From: Candidatus Calditenuis fumarioli
Lineage (GTDB): Archaea; Thermoproteota; Nitrososphaeria_A; Caldarchaeales; Calditenuaceae
Direction of reading: 5' to 3'
Length of the DNA: 64,000 nucleotides
NCBI GenBank assembly: GCA_030059665.1
Contig: JANVYR010000001.1
Coordinates: forward strand, 640,001-704,000
Shown here: one piece after another, positions 63,452-64,000 of the stretch
Numbering within the stretch: the first letter of the stretch is position 1
Layout: every line of letters begins with the position of its first letter
The notes under the pieces: generated by a model
What the model was told of the DNA's origin: nothing
Databases searched by the model: none
Seen by the model: only the letters and a program-made list of their open reading frames with translations
Made by a program: the position numbers and the translations under genes

Positions 63452-64000
63452 TCAGCTCAGGTCCTTTTCCTCGGCTGCACCGGTCCGCCTGAACTTCCCC
63501 TTCCAGAAGGCCGGATAGGTTCCCCGCTCCATCAGGACGACGTCCGTCCTCACGAAGACGCCTCCCTCGTCGAAGTCGAGCGCCGACTTCTCGGCTTTGC
63601 CGAGGGCCACCAGCTCGCCCTTCAGCGTGAAGATCGCAACGAGGTCGCCCTTCTCGATGGTCCGGTCGTAACGCGCCACCCCGGGCGTCGCCAGTGGGGC
63701 TCCGTGGCATATGGCATCGACCGCCGTGTCGAGCACTTCCACCCTCGGGAGGTGTGCGACCAGCTCCTCGGGGTTCCGGACGATCTCCCTGAGCCAGGAC
63801 CCGTCGCCCTCCAGATAGGACCTGTAGGCGGCGTAGACCTCCAGCAGGCTGTGGGCCTGGGACTCGTGGAGGTTCCCGACCCTGGTGCGCCTGAGCTCGC
63901 GAAGGTGGGCTCCTGTTCCCAGCAGAAGGCCGACGTCGTGGCAGAGCTTCCGGACGTAGGTCCCTCCGCTGACGACGACCCTGAAGAGGACGTCCCTCCC
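63452..64000 (-). CDS. cbf5: H/ACA pseudouridine synthase Cbf5, C-terminal part with PUA domain (5' end beyond window)
   Basis: Frame open to window end: SGGTYVRKLCHDVG, GAHLRELRRTRVG, AVDAICHGA, TLKGELVA, VLMERGTYP. Confidence 0.93.
   Translation of the reverse strand, partial: GRDVLFRVVVSGGTYVRKLCHDVGLLLGTGAHLRELRRTRVGNLHESQAHSLLEVYAAYRSYLEGDGSWLREIVRNPEELVAHLPRVEVLDTAVDAICHGAPLATPGVARYDRTIEKGDLVAIFTLKGELVALGKAEKSALDFDEGGVFVRTDVVLMERGTYPAFWKGKFRRTGAAEEKDLS

Noticed and set aside
1-64000. Many long overlapping ORFs in the track (e.g. 798..1469-, 21377..22372+, 27531..28739-, 34579..35553+, 46599..47747-, 56937..57923-)
   Set aside because: Antisense or alternative-frame shadows of well-supported genes in GC-rich DNA; R/P/G-rich with no motifs
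1-64000. CRISPR array or rRNA
   Set aside because: No run of identical 25-45 bp repeats with unique spacers and no rRNA-like conserved sequence seen

Overview
GC-rich archaeal chromosomal DNA. rps30e, rpl30e, rpl37e, Alba, an LSm-rpl37e pair, a split-type tRNA splicing endonuclease subunit, DGGGP synthase and Cbf5 point to a TACK archaeon; an Aigarchaeota/Caldarchaeales-like lineage is my inference. Most of the window is housekeeping and metabolic genes in unusually scrambled order (solitary rpl22, rpl6, hisH, sufC), plus tRNA-Val(CAC). Four accessory areas stand out. (1) About 5.1-11.0 kb: a compact cassette derived from a tailed virus, host-like in composition. It has an intact terminase large subunit coupled to an ABC-ATPase/GNAT fusion, a head-tail adaptor, a tail-terminator-like gene and small membrane and Zn-finger genes, but no portal, capsid, integrase or att site. 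(2) About 37.6-40.0 kb: a lower-GC island encoding a divergent IS110-like (DEDD RuvC, coiled coil, Nop/Tnp-like) protein split by a -1 frameshift at G_AAA_AAC. It lacks the usual catalytic-Ser loop and is followed by a strongly structured ~170-nt non-coding segment, a candidate bridge/guide RNA. (3) About 42.4-44.0 kb: a low-GC ABC-ATPase plus TOPRIM-like gene pair, a candidate defence system. (4) A cstA operon with two Cys-poor ArsA/Get3 ATPases, one with a degenerate catalytic motif. A 42-aa Glu/Trp-repeat microprotein missed by the ORF track lies at 28587-28715. No CRISPR array or rRNA was seen. All family assignments are motif recognition by eye; no database searches were run.
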